DNA of 64,000 nucleotides from an uncultured Candidatus Saccharibacteria bacterium. Its GTDB lineage: Bacteria > Patescibacteriota > Minisyncoccia > UBA6257 > UBA9933. A program made the translations under genes and the position numbers. The notes below the pieces were generated by a model, which did not search any database, was not told where the DNA came from, and was given only the letters and a program-made list of their open reading frames with translations. Location: positions 88,895 through 152,894 of the forward strand of contig CAYVOL010000001.1 of NCBI GenBank assembly GCA_964453135.1, written 5' to 3'. Position 1 is the stretch's first letter. Every line of letters begins with the position of its first letter. Positions 36,886-45,780 of this stretch are shown one piece after another.

Positions 36886-37584
36886 ATGCGCACCAAAGAC
36901 GGCTTATGGAAATTGAGTCCCAGCGGGCTTTACGGCTTTCATAAATGCAAAGCTTGTTTTTGGCTGGAAAATCATCACGGCAAGCCCCCCTCTTTGCCCT
37001 GGCTCCTCAACAGCGCCATGGACAGCGTCTTAAAGGCGCGCTACGATTTTTACCGCGAAAAAAATGAATTTCCTCCGGAAATCGCGGCCTTAAAAAAAGA
37101 GGGAATAAAATTTTTCAACGACTCTGATATTTTGAACAAGTGGCGTGGCCATTCTTCGCATCTGAAAATCGTTAATAAAGAAATTGGGTATGAATTGGCC
37201 GGCAAAATAGACGATGTTTTGACGGAAACCGACGACCGCTTAATTCCGGTTGATTTCAAGTCGTCGGGCTACGCTCCAAAAGAGGACAAGAAAAAATATT
37301 ATCTTGACCAGCTCAACGCTTACGCTTTGATGTTTCGCGAACACGGCTATCCGCCATCGGACCGCGCCTTTCTTTTTCATTATTTTGTCAAAAATACAAA
37401 AAATCCCTCTCTTAACGTGGAGTTTGAAAGCCATATTGATTTGGTAAAAATTGAAATTCCTGCTTTGGAAAAGATGTTGGCTGATATCGTAAATCTATTA
37501 AACGGGCATTACCCGGGCGATGATATTGGATGCGAAGCGTGCGTTTATTTTGAAGGAAGAGGCGGGATGAAAAACAAAAAATAA
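36886..37584 (+). CDS. PD-(D/E)XK nuclease-superfamily protein (Cas4/RecB-like, with N- and C-terminal Cys pairs). Start moved to the ATG at 36886, downstream of the tRNA.
   Basis: 'FHKCKAC' N-terminal Cys pair, 'IDDV...LIPVDFKSS', 'YLDQLNAYALMF' QxxxY motif, C-terminal 'CEAC'. Confidence 0.6.
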   Translation: MRTKDGLWKLSPSGLYGFHKCKACFWLENHHGKPPSLPWLLNSAMDSVLKARYDFYREKNEFPPEIAALKKEGIKFFNDSDILNKWRGHSSHLKIVNKEIGYELAGKIDDVLTETDDRLIPVDFKSSGYAPKEDKKKYYLDQLNAYALMFREHGYPPSDRAFLFHYFVKNTKNPSLNVEFESHIDLVKIEIPALEKMLADIVNLLNGHYPGDDIGCEACVYFEGRGGMKNKK

Positions 37585-37599
37585 ACCCGCTTATGCGTC

Positions 37600-37633
37600 C
37601 CCCGCCCTTTTGGCCGTAGCCAAAAGGGCGGGG
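37600..37633. repeat. 15-bp perfect-stem palindrome, CCCCGCCCTTTTGGC-cgta-GCCAAAAGGGCGGGG, between the nuclease gene and the xer gene; no U-tract
   Basis: Read directly from the sequence. It is GC-rich in AT-rich surroundings. Confidence 0.6.
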
Positions 37634-37671
37634 CGGAAGACGAAAAAATCCGTGATAAGAAAAATGGTTAA

Positions 37672-38583
37672 ATGGACATTAATGTTCTCTTAAAAGAATA
37701 TCTTGATTACCTGGAAATTGAAAAAAACCGCTCGCCGAAAACCCGGGCGAATTACGAGCGTTATTTGAAAAAATTTTTTTCTTTCGCCAATATTAAAAAC
37801 GAAAAAGAAATTACCGCTGACGCAGTAAAAGAATTCCGTCTCCATCTTGCCCGCGCGACTCTGGCAAAAAACGATGAAAAAGAATATGAGAAAACAACGC
37901 AAAGTTATTACATTATTGCCCTAAGAAATTTTTTGAAATACCTGATTAAAAATAATTATCTCGTTTTATCGCCTGACAAAATTGAACTGCCGAAAATACC
38001 TCCGCGCCAGATAGAGCCGTTAAGATACGCCGATTTGGAACGATTGCTCTCCTCTCCCCAGGGCGCGGATATAAAATCTTTAAGAGACAAAGCAATTTTG
38101 GAAACATTGTTTTCTACGGGATTGCGCATTTCCGAACTTTGCGCCTTGAACCGCTATCTTGACTTAAAAAGAGGAGAATTGAGCGTACGGGGGAAAGGAG
38201 GAAAACTGCGCGTTGTTTTTCTTTCGGAAAGCGCCCGGGAAGCGATAGCAACTTATCTTGACAAAAGAAGCGACGCGGAGGAAGCGCTTTTTGTCAGTTT
38301 AACCAAAGCAAAAAATCCGAAAATTATTGGCCGGATTATCCCGCGCGCGGTTCAGCGCACTGTTGATTTTTATTCCCGCAAAGCCGGCATTGCCCAGAAA
38401 GTTCATCCGCATCTTTTGCGCCACGGATTTGCCACGGATCTTTTAATAAACGGCGCGGACTTGCGGGCGGTGCAGGAGCTTTTAGGCCACGCCAATATAT
38501 CCACCACCCAAATTTACACGCACCTTACCAACAAAGAACTAAAAGAGGTGCACAAAACTTTTCACGCCCGAAGGAGAAAATAA
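37672..38583 (+). CDS. Tyrosine site-specific recombinase, XerC/XerD family
   Basis: 'RISELCAL', 'HPHLLRHGFATDLLINGADLRAVQELLGHANISTTQIYTHL' with the R...HxxR...Y catalytic residues; N-terminal SAM-like core-binding domain. Confidence 0.8.
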   Translation: MDINVLLKEYLDYLEIEKNRSPKTRANYERYLKKFFSFANIKNEKEITADAVKEFRLHLARATLAKNDEKEYEKTTQSYYIIALRNFLKYLIKNNYLVLSPDKIELPKIPPRQIEPLRYADLERLLSSPQGADIKSLRDKAILETLFSTGLRISELCALNRYLDLKRGELSVRGKGGKLRVVFLSESAREAIATYLDKRSDAEEALFVSLTKAKNPKIIGRIIPRAVQRTVDFYSRKAGIAQKVHPHLLRHGFATDLLINGADLRAVQELLGHANISTTQIYTHLTNKELKEVHKTFHARRRK

Positions 38584-38593
38584 AAAATGCTGT

Positions 38594-39472
38594 TCACGAG
38601 AGCATGTAATAACTGCCCGGGCCGGGGTTGCCTATTCTTTTTATCAAGCCGCTGTCGGTTAATTTTTGGAGATAAAATCTGACGGTTCTTTCGCTGATTT
38701 GAGGAAGGGCGGCAATTAATTCGCGGGCGGATATTTTTTCCACTTCTTTTATTTTATTAAATATAACGCTTTGCCAGGAATCGGCGGTGTCTAATGGAAA
38801 CACATCGCTGTTTTGCCGAATGGCCGCGGAATTTTCCATTAGCGCGGATTTCCTTTTATTGATGAGGGTTTTAATATCCAAACCGGCGGCGACCGCTACC
38901 GCACCGCTGCTCGGCCTTCTGACGGATTTGGAATTTTTCGTTTCCTTGTTGCCGCTAAAATAGTTGTCGTCAATCCAATCTTTTTCATCAACGGCGAGCG
39001 GCGTTTGACGGAGAAATTTTTCTTCGTTTATTTCGACGATTTCTTTTGTTTCCTCCGGCAATTTATTGGCGGAGGTTTCTTTGGATTTTTGACGGGAAGA
39101 GCTGAAAATACTCTCAATGTCGGGATGCTCCGGCTTAATCTGAAGAGACTGCTTAATTTCCGAAAGGGCGTTTTGAACAGCCCATGTTAAATTGTTGATT
39201 TCCCGAAAAAGCACCTGCGCGTTAATAATGTTTATTTCCTCCAAAACTTCCGCCAGTTTGACAAGAATTTCCAATTGGGACAAAACATTAAGCTGTTCTT
39301 TGGCGTCTTCCTCTCTTTTTTGAAAATTATGGCTCAGCGCCACCAAATCAACGGCGATGTTTTCTGTTTTCATTTTAAGATTTTCCTGCTTAAACAAAGC
39401 GGCGCAGCGAAAAACTGCCCAGGCGATTTCCAGAGAACGATTTTTAATAAAATTGTGATTGACGGGATTCAT
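38594..39472 (-). CDS. Hypothetical protein with a C-terminal winged-helix DNA-binding domain
   Basis: C-terminal 'ISARELIAALPQISERTVRFYLQKLTDSGLIKRIG' is an HTH/wHTH pattern. The N-terminal 200 aa are unassigned. Confidence 0.45.
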   Translation of the reverse strand: MNPVNHNFIKNRSLEIAWAVFRCAALFKQENLKMKTENIAVDLVALSHNFQKREEDAKEQLNVLSQLEILVKLAEVLEEINIINAQVLFREINNLTWAVQNALSEIKQSLQIKPEHPDIESIFSSSRQKSKETSANKLPEETKEIVEINEEKFLRQTPLAVDEKDWIDDNYFSGNKETKNSKSVRRPSSGAVAVAAGLDIKTLINKRKSALMENSAAIRQNSDVFPLDTADSWQSVIFNKIKEVEKISARELIAALPQISERTVRFYLQKLTDSGLIKRIGNPGPGSYYMLS

Positions 39473-39649
39473 TTTTATGTTTTAAGCGCATCTTCCTTCG
39501 CGCCTCCGCCGAAGCGGCTATGAAGGCCAAGCAATACTGCGAAAGGATATATAAATCCGAATTGATATACTTTTACAATAGAAATAATTTTTTTACAAGA
39601 GCCGAAAAGCACTACTCGATTATGGTATAAAGAGTGGCCAACTAGAAAG

Positions 39650-40156
39650 TTAATGGCCTTCATCAATTAGTTTCTGAATGTGAAGAGAGAAATAGCCCTT
39701 ATATTTTTCTTGTAAATCTTTCCGCTTCCAATCCTCGCCGGTGATAATTTTTCGGCAGTTTTCCGCTCCGCACAAGCAATCCATTTTGACATCGCACGTG
39801 TCTGTCATTGCGTAATCAAAAGTGATTTCCTCGCCCGGGTTTATGTCCCGCAAGGCGACCAGCGTTATTTGTCCTTTGATGCCGCAAGTAGGGGCGCAGG
39901 AATGGTTAGTTAAAAAAATAGCGTCAAGATTCTGAAAATCAAAAGGACAAATCACAAAATCTTTTTCTACTTGAAAACAATGATATTGAACCGGTAAAAA
40001 AGCGGGGTTATTGTCTAACTCATCAAGGCTGATTATTTTCCCTCCGGTAATAGCGACGATTTCGTCTTTCTTGATTTTCTCTCGCGCAAAAAGCCCCCGG
40101 CCTTTTTGACCGGCGTTTCTAATTTCTATTTTCGGACTGACGTAGGAATAAAACAT
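39650..40156 (-). CDS. SET-domain protein (putative protein lysine methyltransferase) with a post-SET Cys cluster
   Basis: 'NHSCAPTCG', 'EEITFDY', post-SET 'CLCGAENC'; 168 aa. Confidence 0.7.
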   Translation of the reverse strand: MFYSYVSPKIEIRNAGQKGRGLFAREKIKKDEIVAITGGKIISLDELDNNPAFLPVQYHCFQVEKDFVICPFDFQNLDAIFLTNHSCAPTCGIKGQITLVALRDINPGEEITFDYAMTDTCDVKMDCLCGAENCRKIITGEDWKRKDLQEKYKGYFSLHIQKLIDEGH

Positions 40157-40440
40157 GACAAGGTTCCTGAAAGTTTAATATCGGTGCTGTATTCTTAAAA
40201 TAGTTCGAACGCATTTTTCCAAAAAAATCCCCCCGCGAAAATCCGGAAAGGCGGCAGAGCCACACCGCTGACAATTTCCTGCCTCCGCTAAAGCTACGGA
40301 CGGGCAGGCAAGTTTTTCTTTGGCGGCATTCGATCCAAAAATCCGCGAAGTGAATACAAATGTATTTTATGAAAAAATTAGAAAAAATCCAAAAGAGAAA
40401 GAGGCCGTACCCGTAGGTCGTGCCTCTGTTGCGTGCGAGT

Positions 40441-41028
40441 TCATTTGCTCGCGGCTCTGCGTTTTTGCGTGGCTCGCCACGCATCTGTGATAAACACGAG
40501 CGAGACCAACTGCTGGAGAAAGAGCCACGGGTACCCCTGAATCCACATGAGCCACCCGCAGGTGACGTGCATGAGGACATACCAGAGATAACCGCTTGCT
40601 CGTTCCTTCGCAAGCAGGTAAGTCCCGACCAAGTATCCCACTACGAGACCGACCTCGAGCCACTGATTAATGGTGGTAATGCCACCAAAATCGTAGAAGC
40701 TGCAGCCGAACCCAAGTGGGATGCAGACGAGCGCAAGACGGTCAAGCCAACGCGGCGGACTGCTGATTGTGCCGCGGAGAGCGAGAGCGAGTCCCAGAAA
40801 CATTGCCGGGGCACCGCTCGCTTCCACCGAAGCCGCAATCCAGTTCCGTCGCATTACGAAGATAATTACCCATGGGGGCAGACCGAACATGTACACCACC
40901 CACGAGGCAATCCTCCACTTGCGCGCGTTGGCATTCTTGCCGCCGTTTAGCGTATACTCGGAGAACCAGAGAAAAATCTTGTTGAGGAGGTAGCCGATAC
41001 CTCCCCACACTTGCAGGAAGATATCCAT
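40441..41028 (-). CDS. pnuC: Nicotinamide riboside/NMN transporter PnuC family; coding sequence visibly GC-rich
   Basis: Seven-TM architecture with 'YLWYVLMHVTCGWLMW' and 'RWLDRLA' PnuC-like motifs; 195 aa. Confidence 0.65.
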   Translation of the reverse strand: MDIFLQVWGGIGYLLNKIFLWFSEYTLNGGKNANARKWRIASWVVYMFGLPPWVIIFVMRRNWIAASVEASGAPAMFLGLALALRGTISSPPRWLDRLALVCIPLGFGCSFYDFGGITTINQWLEVGLVVGYLVGTYLLAKERASGYLWYVLMHVTCGWLMWIQGYPWLFLQQLVSLVFITDAWRATQKRRAASK

Positions 41029-41308
41029 TCTGACCTCCTTCGAGTTTTTGAATGTGCATTACCACGTCCTCTCGCGTAGCCGAGTTCGCGGAATTACGTA
41101 TTTTCCACAATACTTAAGATTAGCATTTTATACCATAAAAGTCAAACTGCGGCAAGTCGCCGTCTCTCGGGTTCAAATTTGTATTGGATTAAAAAATTTT
41201 CTTTTCTGCTGTTAATGGAATCGGGAATTTCTTTTTGCCCCTAAAACTCCGTGCGATTTAGTCGCCGAGCGCGGGCTTTGCCCGCGCGAGGCATTGACTT
41301 TTCCAACG

Positions 41309-41392
41309 TGGTGCCCGGGGTGGGAGTCGAACCCACATGCCTTGCGGCACTCGATTTTAAGTCGAGCGCGTATACCATTCCGCCACCCGGGC
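41309..41392 (-). tRNA. tRNA-Leu (anticodon TAA), type II, CCA encoded
   Basis: Reverse complement GCCCGGGTGGCGGAATGGTATACGCGCTCGACTTAAAATCGAGTGCCGCAAGGCATGTGGGTTCGACTCCCACCCCGGGCACCA. Confidence 0.8.
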
Positions 41393-41398
41393 AAACGA

Positions 41399-41838
41399 TT
41401 ATTCAATTGTTCTTAAAAATTTTTCAATTATTTCCTTGTATCCTTCAACAAAAACATACTTATTGACATCTTTCAGCTCAATCCATGCGAAATTCATATG
41501 TTCGTCGCTGAGTTTGATTTCCCCTCCTTTGTAAATACAGCTGAAGCCGACTAAGAATACGGGCGAGTCGGGATGAGTATACCGCCTCCATGCCGCCGCC
41601 ACGCCTCCTATTTCCAGTTTTATATCATCGCCCAGTTCTTCCGAAATTTCCCGCTGTAAAATTTCTTCAAGCGGCAATTTCGTCTCGCTTTCTAAAATCC
41701 TTCCGCCAGGCAGTTCCCATTGCCCGCCGTTTTTATAGGCGGCTGATTCCTGCAAAATCAAAACCTTTTTCCCGCTTTCATCACTGCGGCAGATAAAGGC
41801 TTTCAGCCCCACCATAAATTTTTGGTTGTTGTCGTCCA
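41399..41838 (-). CDS. NUDIX hydrolase (start moved to MDDNNQKF, downstream of tRNA-Cys)
   Basis: Nudix box 'GGRILESETKLPLEEILQREISEELG'. Confidence 0.75.
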
Positions 41839-41849
41839 TATTACCGCGG

Positions 41850-41921
41850 AGGCCAGGGAGGGATTCGAACCCTCGCATAGCGGTTTTGCAGACCGCCGCG
41901 TTGCCTCTTCGCCACCTGGCC
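41850..41921 (-). tRNA. tRNA-Cys (anticodon GCA) with U73 discriminator; CCA not encoded
   Basis: Reverse complement GGCCAGGTGGCGAAGAGGCAACGCGGCGGTCTGCAAAACCGCTATGCGAGGGTTCGAATCCCTCCCTGGCCT. Confidence 0.75.
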
Positions 41922-41950
41922 GTATCTAAAACAAAATACATCTGCCGGAC

Positions 41951-42289
41951 TTATTCTCCGATTTTATCATCTAAAAGAATCTTTTCAACTTTGGCGGCTT
42001 CCTCCGCTCCTTCGTCTATTTTGAAATAAATCTGCGGAAAATACTGCGTCCTCGCTTTTTTCATCAAAATGCGGCGCAAGTAATTACGGCTTTTATTCAA
42101 AATTTTAAGAACATTTTCTTTTTGCGAAGAAGGAATAACGGAAAATTTTACCGCGGCGCCGGTTAAATCTCCCGATGTTTCCGCTTGGGTTAAAGTTATC
42201 AGAGCGCCGTCAAACTCCATCTCGCGCGCGATAATTTGGGAAAGTTCTTTGAGGATTAAATTATCCAAACGTTCCTGGCGATAGCGCAT
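41951..42289 (-). CDS. rbfA: Ribosome-binding factor A
   Basis: 'RQERLDNLILKELSQII' KH-like N-terminus; 112 aa; downstream of infB. Confidence 0.8.
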   Translation of the reverse strand: MRYRQERLDNLILKELSQIIAREMEFDGALITLTQAETSGDLTGAAVKFSVIPSSQKENVLKILNKSRNYLRRILMKKARTQYFPQIYFKIDEGAEEAAKVEKILLDDKIGE

Positions 42290-42292
42290 AAG

Positions 42293-43777
42293 CTAATTTT
42301 TGAAATACACCAGCTTGTCTTTAACGGCAATGGCGATGCTTGATTCAACCATGACTCCGAATTCATTGGGCGCTTCCACTTGAGTCATTTGTTTTTTCTG
42401 CGACTGCAAACTGACAATTCGGCCGTTTCCCAAATCTGTTCCCTCCCTTTGGATTTTCACCAAGGTATTGTTTTTGATAAAACCGGTTAAAACCTTCCCT
42501 CCGAGCAACTGCTGTTTTCCTTTTTGGCTGAAGAGCGCCAAAATTTCCGCTTCTCCCAAGGGCAAAGGATTTTCAATAAATTTCATTTCCTCTTCTGTTG
42601 ATTTTACCAGTTCGTAAATAATGGGGCTGGTGATGATTTTTATCTTTTGCGCTTTGGCTAAAGTATCCGCCGCCCGGCTGACTTTAACGTTAAAACCGAT
42701 GATGACCGCGCCGGAAATTTCCGCGCTTCTTACATTGCTGTCGCTGATTTCCCCCACTTCTTCCGACAAAATGCTGATGCCGACTTTCTCTTGCGGCAAG
42801 GCGCGGATGATTCCGCCGAGCGCCTCCAAGGAACCGCCGACATCGGCTTTCAAAATTAAATTAAGCATCGGCTTTTTTGCATCCGCCGCAATAACTTCCG
42901 CCGGCGCTTTCTTTTTTACTTCCGGCAAGCGCGCTCCGGCAATATCCAAAGTTTCCAGCTCTACATCGCCGGCAATAAATTCTTCTCCGATTAACGGGAG
43001 AGATTCGAACCCCAAAACTAAAAACGGCGAGGAGGGCTCTAATTGCTCCGCTTTATTTCCCTGAAAATCCTCCAGAATTTTTATTTTTCCGCTGGCGGCG
43101 GAAGTGGCGATTTTGTCTCCTGATTTAAGAACGCCGTTTTTTATTATACCCGTGACGGTAATGCCGCGGCGGCTGTCCATTTTGGCCTCAATAATAACTC
43201 CCCGCGGAGCGGCTTCGGAATTGTAAGTTAAATTTTCTATTTCCGCGGCAAGCAGTATCAAATCAAGCAGTTCATTTATTCCCTCGCCTTTCTTGGCGGA
43301 AATTTCCTGCCAGCTGACGCTGCCTCCGTATCCTTCCAGATATACACCGCTGGCCGACAAGCTGTTTTTTGTTTTTTCAACATCAGCGTTTGACTTATCA
43401 ATTTTATTGATTGCCGCAATAAAAGGCGTGCTGGTTTTTTGAAGAATATCAATGCATTCTTTGGTTTGCGGCTGGACGCCGTCGTCAGCCGCCACCACCA
43501 AAATCGCTACGTCAGCCGCCTGCGCTCCCCGCTCTCTCATTTTGAAAAAAGCTTCGTGCCCGGGAGTGTCGATGAAAGTGATTTTTTTATCATTGTGTTT
43601 TATTTCGTAAGCGCCGATTGACTGCGTAATTCCTCCGGCTTCACGCGCCGCCATATTTGTTCTCCTGATGTAATCAAGCAAGCTGGTTTTTCCGTGATCA
43701 ACATGCCCCATTACCGCGACAATGGGCGGACGAGGCAATAATTTTTCTTCTTTTTTCTTCAAAGTCGCATTTGTCAT
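42293..43777 (-). CDS. infB: Translation initiation factor IF-2 (short form lacking the long N-terminal region)
   Basis: G-domain '[16 protein letters not shown]', 'DTPGHEAF', 'NKIDK'; C-terminal domains; 494 aa. Confidence 0.9.
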   Translation of the reverse strand: MTNATLKKKEEKLLPRPPIVAVMGHVDHGKTSLLDYIRRTNMAAREAGGITQSIGAYEIKHNDKKITFIDTPGHEAFFKMRERGAQAADVAILVVAADDGVQPQTKECIDILQKTSTPFIAAINKIDKSNADVEKTKNSLSASGVYLEGYGGSVSWQEISAKKGEGINELLDLILLAAEIENLTYNSEAAPRGVIIEAKMDSRRGITVTGIIKNGVLKSGDKIATSAASGKIKILEDFQGNKAEQLEPSSPFLVLGFESLPLIGEEFIAGDVELETLDIAGARLPEVKKKAPAEVIAADAKKPMLNLILKADVGGSLEALGGIIRALPQEKVGISILSEEVGEISDSNVRSAEISGAVIIGFNVKVSRAADTLAKAQKIKIITSPIIYELVKSTEEEMKFIENPLPLGEAEILALFSQKGKQQLLGGKVLTGFIKNNTLVKIQREGTDLGNGRIVSLQSQKKQMTQVEAPNEFGVMVESSIAIAVKDKLVYFKN

Positions 43778-43852
43778 TAGTAAAAACTAACAGAGAAAGA
43801 GCGGGAAAGCAAGAATCGCGGGCAATAAATTTACAAGAATGTCCCAAGACCG

Positions 43853-44398
43853 CTAAACGAATCTTTTCACCATTACCACGTCATAATAAGATTTGGGCAA
43901 AATATCCAAATAGTGCTCCACTACGCCTTGAAGTATTGGGTTAATTTCTTTGTTGTCCGCGGCGTGAATGATGTTTCCATTGCCGGTATAAATTGCCAAA
44001 TGACCGATGTAAATTTTTTTTCCGTTAAACCGAGAATGCCAGTAGTGCCCTTTGGTGCCTTCAAAAAATAAAACATCGCCCGCTTCCATTTGAGATACGG
44101 GGATTTCTTCCCCCATATCAGAAGCGGCCTGCAAAATAGAAGAGCGCGGCAAGCCAACGCCGACTTGCCGGAAAACATATTGACTAAAAGAAGAACAATC
44201 AAAACCGCGCGGCGCTTCTTCGCTGTTTTCCACAAGATAAGCGCCGTATTGATAAGGCACGCCGACAAAACTGCGCGCCAATTTTATTAATTTTTTTATT
44301 TTTTCTTCGCGGGTCATTGTCATGCAACGCCCAGCCTGAAACTTGTATCCTGAAATAGCGAGGCAGGAAACTAATTGCGAGATTCGGGCTGTTTTCAC
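43853..44398 (-). CDS. NlpC/P60 (C40) family peptidoglycan endopeptidase
   Basis: Catalytic Cys 'FDCSSFSQYVF', His 'GHLAIYTGNGNIIHA'. Confidence 0.8.
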   Translation of the reverse strand: MKTARISQLVSCLAISGYKFQAGRCMTMTREEKIKKLIKLARSFVGVPYQYGAYLVENSEEAPRGFDCSSFSQYVFRQVGVGLPRSSILQAASDMGEEIPVSQMEAGDVLFFEGTKGHYWHSRFNGKKIYIGHLAIYTGNGNIIHAADNKEINPILQGVVEHYLDILPKSYYDVVMVKRFV

Positions 44399-45148
44399 TT
44401 AATTCCTAAAATGCCAGTGCCAAGGTTCAAACGCCATTCCTATTTTATTATTTTTTGGATAAGAAAGGAAAAAATCAAACTGGCGCGCGTTATGAGTAAG
44501 CCAGCCATATTCTTTTGTCTTATAAAAATTTTTTAAATCGGCAATCCCCCGGCAAGGCGCCACGTCAATGCCCTGAATTTTAACACTGCAATGTTCGCTG
44601 TAAGCAGGCAAGCAAGCCAACCGCAATGTTTTTTTCAAGTCAAAGTCATTGCCAACAAATTTAGAAATAAAAAGCATCACCTGAAACGCCGGAGAACGGT
44701 ACCCGGAATAAACATTGATTTCGCGATTGATGTCGCTCTTCATTTTTTTATTAAGCTCGCGGAAGGCAAGGAAATTGTTTTTTGGCAGGAAGTGGGTGAA
44801 TTCCATTATCTTAATTTCCTTCTTGATGATATAACGCTGTCCTTTAATCGACACTAAATTTTTCGGCACCGGTTCAACGCCTAAAAATCGCGCTTTTATG
44901 CCGTAATTTTTCGGATTAATAAGCAAAACAGCGTCTATCAATTTTTTTTCGTCTTTTGCTAAAAAAGAAAAGAGTCGGTCAAAGGTTATCACCCGAAAAT
45001 CATGATTTTTAACAGCTCCCCTTTCTCCCCGCTCGCAGCGAAACTTTTGGGATATTTTTTCCGCGATTAGGCGATTTTCTTTGTCTAAATTTTCAAAATT
45101 AATCATTTCAATATAAAGATAGGTAATGACTATGCTCGTGTCAATCAA
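44399..45148 (-). CDS. M15-family D-alanyl-D-alanine carboxypeptidase (VanY/LAS-like)
   Basis: 'SGYRSPAFQ', 'PAYSEHCSVKIQGIDV', 'EPWHWHF' Zn-binding motifs. Confidence 0.7.
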   Translation of the reverse strand: MIDTSIVITYLYIEMINFENLDKENRLIAEKISQKFRCERGERGAVKNHDFRVITFDRLFSFLAKDEKKLIDAVLLINPKNYGIKARFLGVEPVPKNLVSIKGQRYIIKKEIKIMEFTHFLPKNNFLAFRELNKKMKSDINREINVYSGYRSPAFQVMLFISKFVGNDFDLKKTLRLACLPAYSEHCSVKIQGIDVAPCRGIADLKNFYKTKEYGWLTHNARQFDFFLSYPKNNKIGMAFEPWHWHFRN

Positions 45149-45323
45149 CGAATTTCATCAACCGAAAGATAAAAGCCCAAAGAAGCCGGAAGATGAAATC
45201 TGGATTAAAAAGTTGCGAGAAAAAAGGGCGTGTTGTAACATAAAACCAGTTCATAGGGACAAATCGTCTTTAACTTACTAAAGCCGCGGCTATACAAAAA
45301 TAGCTCGGCAAGGAGGAAGCGCA

Positions 45324-45665
45324 ATGGGATCCAATGCGGAATTAGAAGAAGCGGGAGGGTCGGCGACGGCGCAAGTGGAGATGTTCGGGCTGTGCGGAGA
45401 AATACTCAACCAACTTCCCCAAGAGACGCAGAAGGACATTCATATCACCATTCACAGGGACTTGATCGCGGAGGTCTTCGTCAGAGAAGGAATGGACAGG
45501 GCAAAAATGACGAAGATAGCCGACATCCAGAAGGTAGTCGGCGATAATAATAACAACGCGGTGGCGGTCAGAGACACATCGGGAAGGATGTACAGATGTC
45601 TCTGCCTGAAAGCCACGGCAGAGACCATCCAGGAGATAGCGACGGCTTTCCTCGCTATCAGATGA
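45324..45665 (+). CDS. Small GC-rich hypothetical protein (113 aa) with a strong Shine-Dalgarno site (AAGGAGGAAGCGCAATG)
   Basis: ORF track; SD spacing; composition differs from the neighbouring genes. Confidence 0.4.
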   Translation: MGSNAELEEAGGSATAQVEMFGLCGEILNQLPQETQKDIHITIHRDLIAEVFVREGMDRAKMTKIADIQKVVGDNNNNAVAVRDTSGRMYRCLCLKATAETIQEIATAFLAIR

Positions 45666-45682
45666 ATTGCCCCTCGCAACAC

Positions 45683-45714
45683 GTCCAGCGTCCCGCCACA
45701 GCGGGACGCTGGAC
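45683..45714. repeat. 14-bp perfect-stem hairpin, GTCCAGCGTCCCGC-caca-GCGGGACGCTGGAC, directly 3' of the 45324..45665 ORF; no U-tract
   Basis: Read directly from the sequence. Confidence 0.55.
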
Positions 45715-45780
45715 AAAACTTCCTCAAAAATATTTTCAAAAAACAAATAGCGGAATTTGACGTCTTATTTCCATTAATGA

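Noticed and set aside
37600-37633. Calling the palindrome upstream of the Xer-type recombinase gene a dif site
   Set aside because: There is no resemblance to the dif consensus architecture (11-bp arms around a 6-bp AT-rich centre). It is retained only as an unexplained hairpin.
31644-41406. ORF-track entries 31644..31874 -, 31680..31952 +, 36648..36896 -, 41212..41406 -, and the 5' ends of 33765..34301, 36826..37584 and 41399..41941
   Set aside because: They are translations through tRNA genes. Coding genes were re-started at the first in-frame ATG beyond each tRNA.
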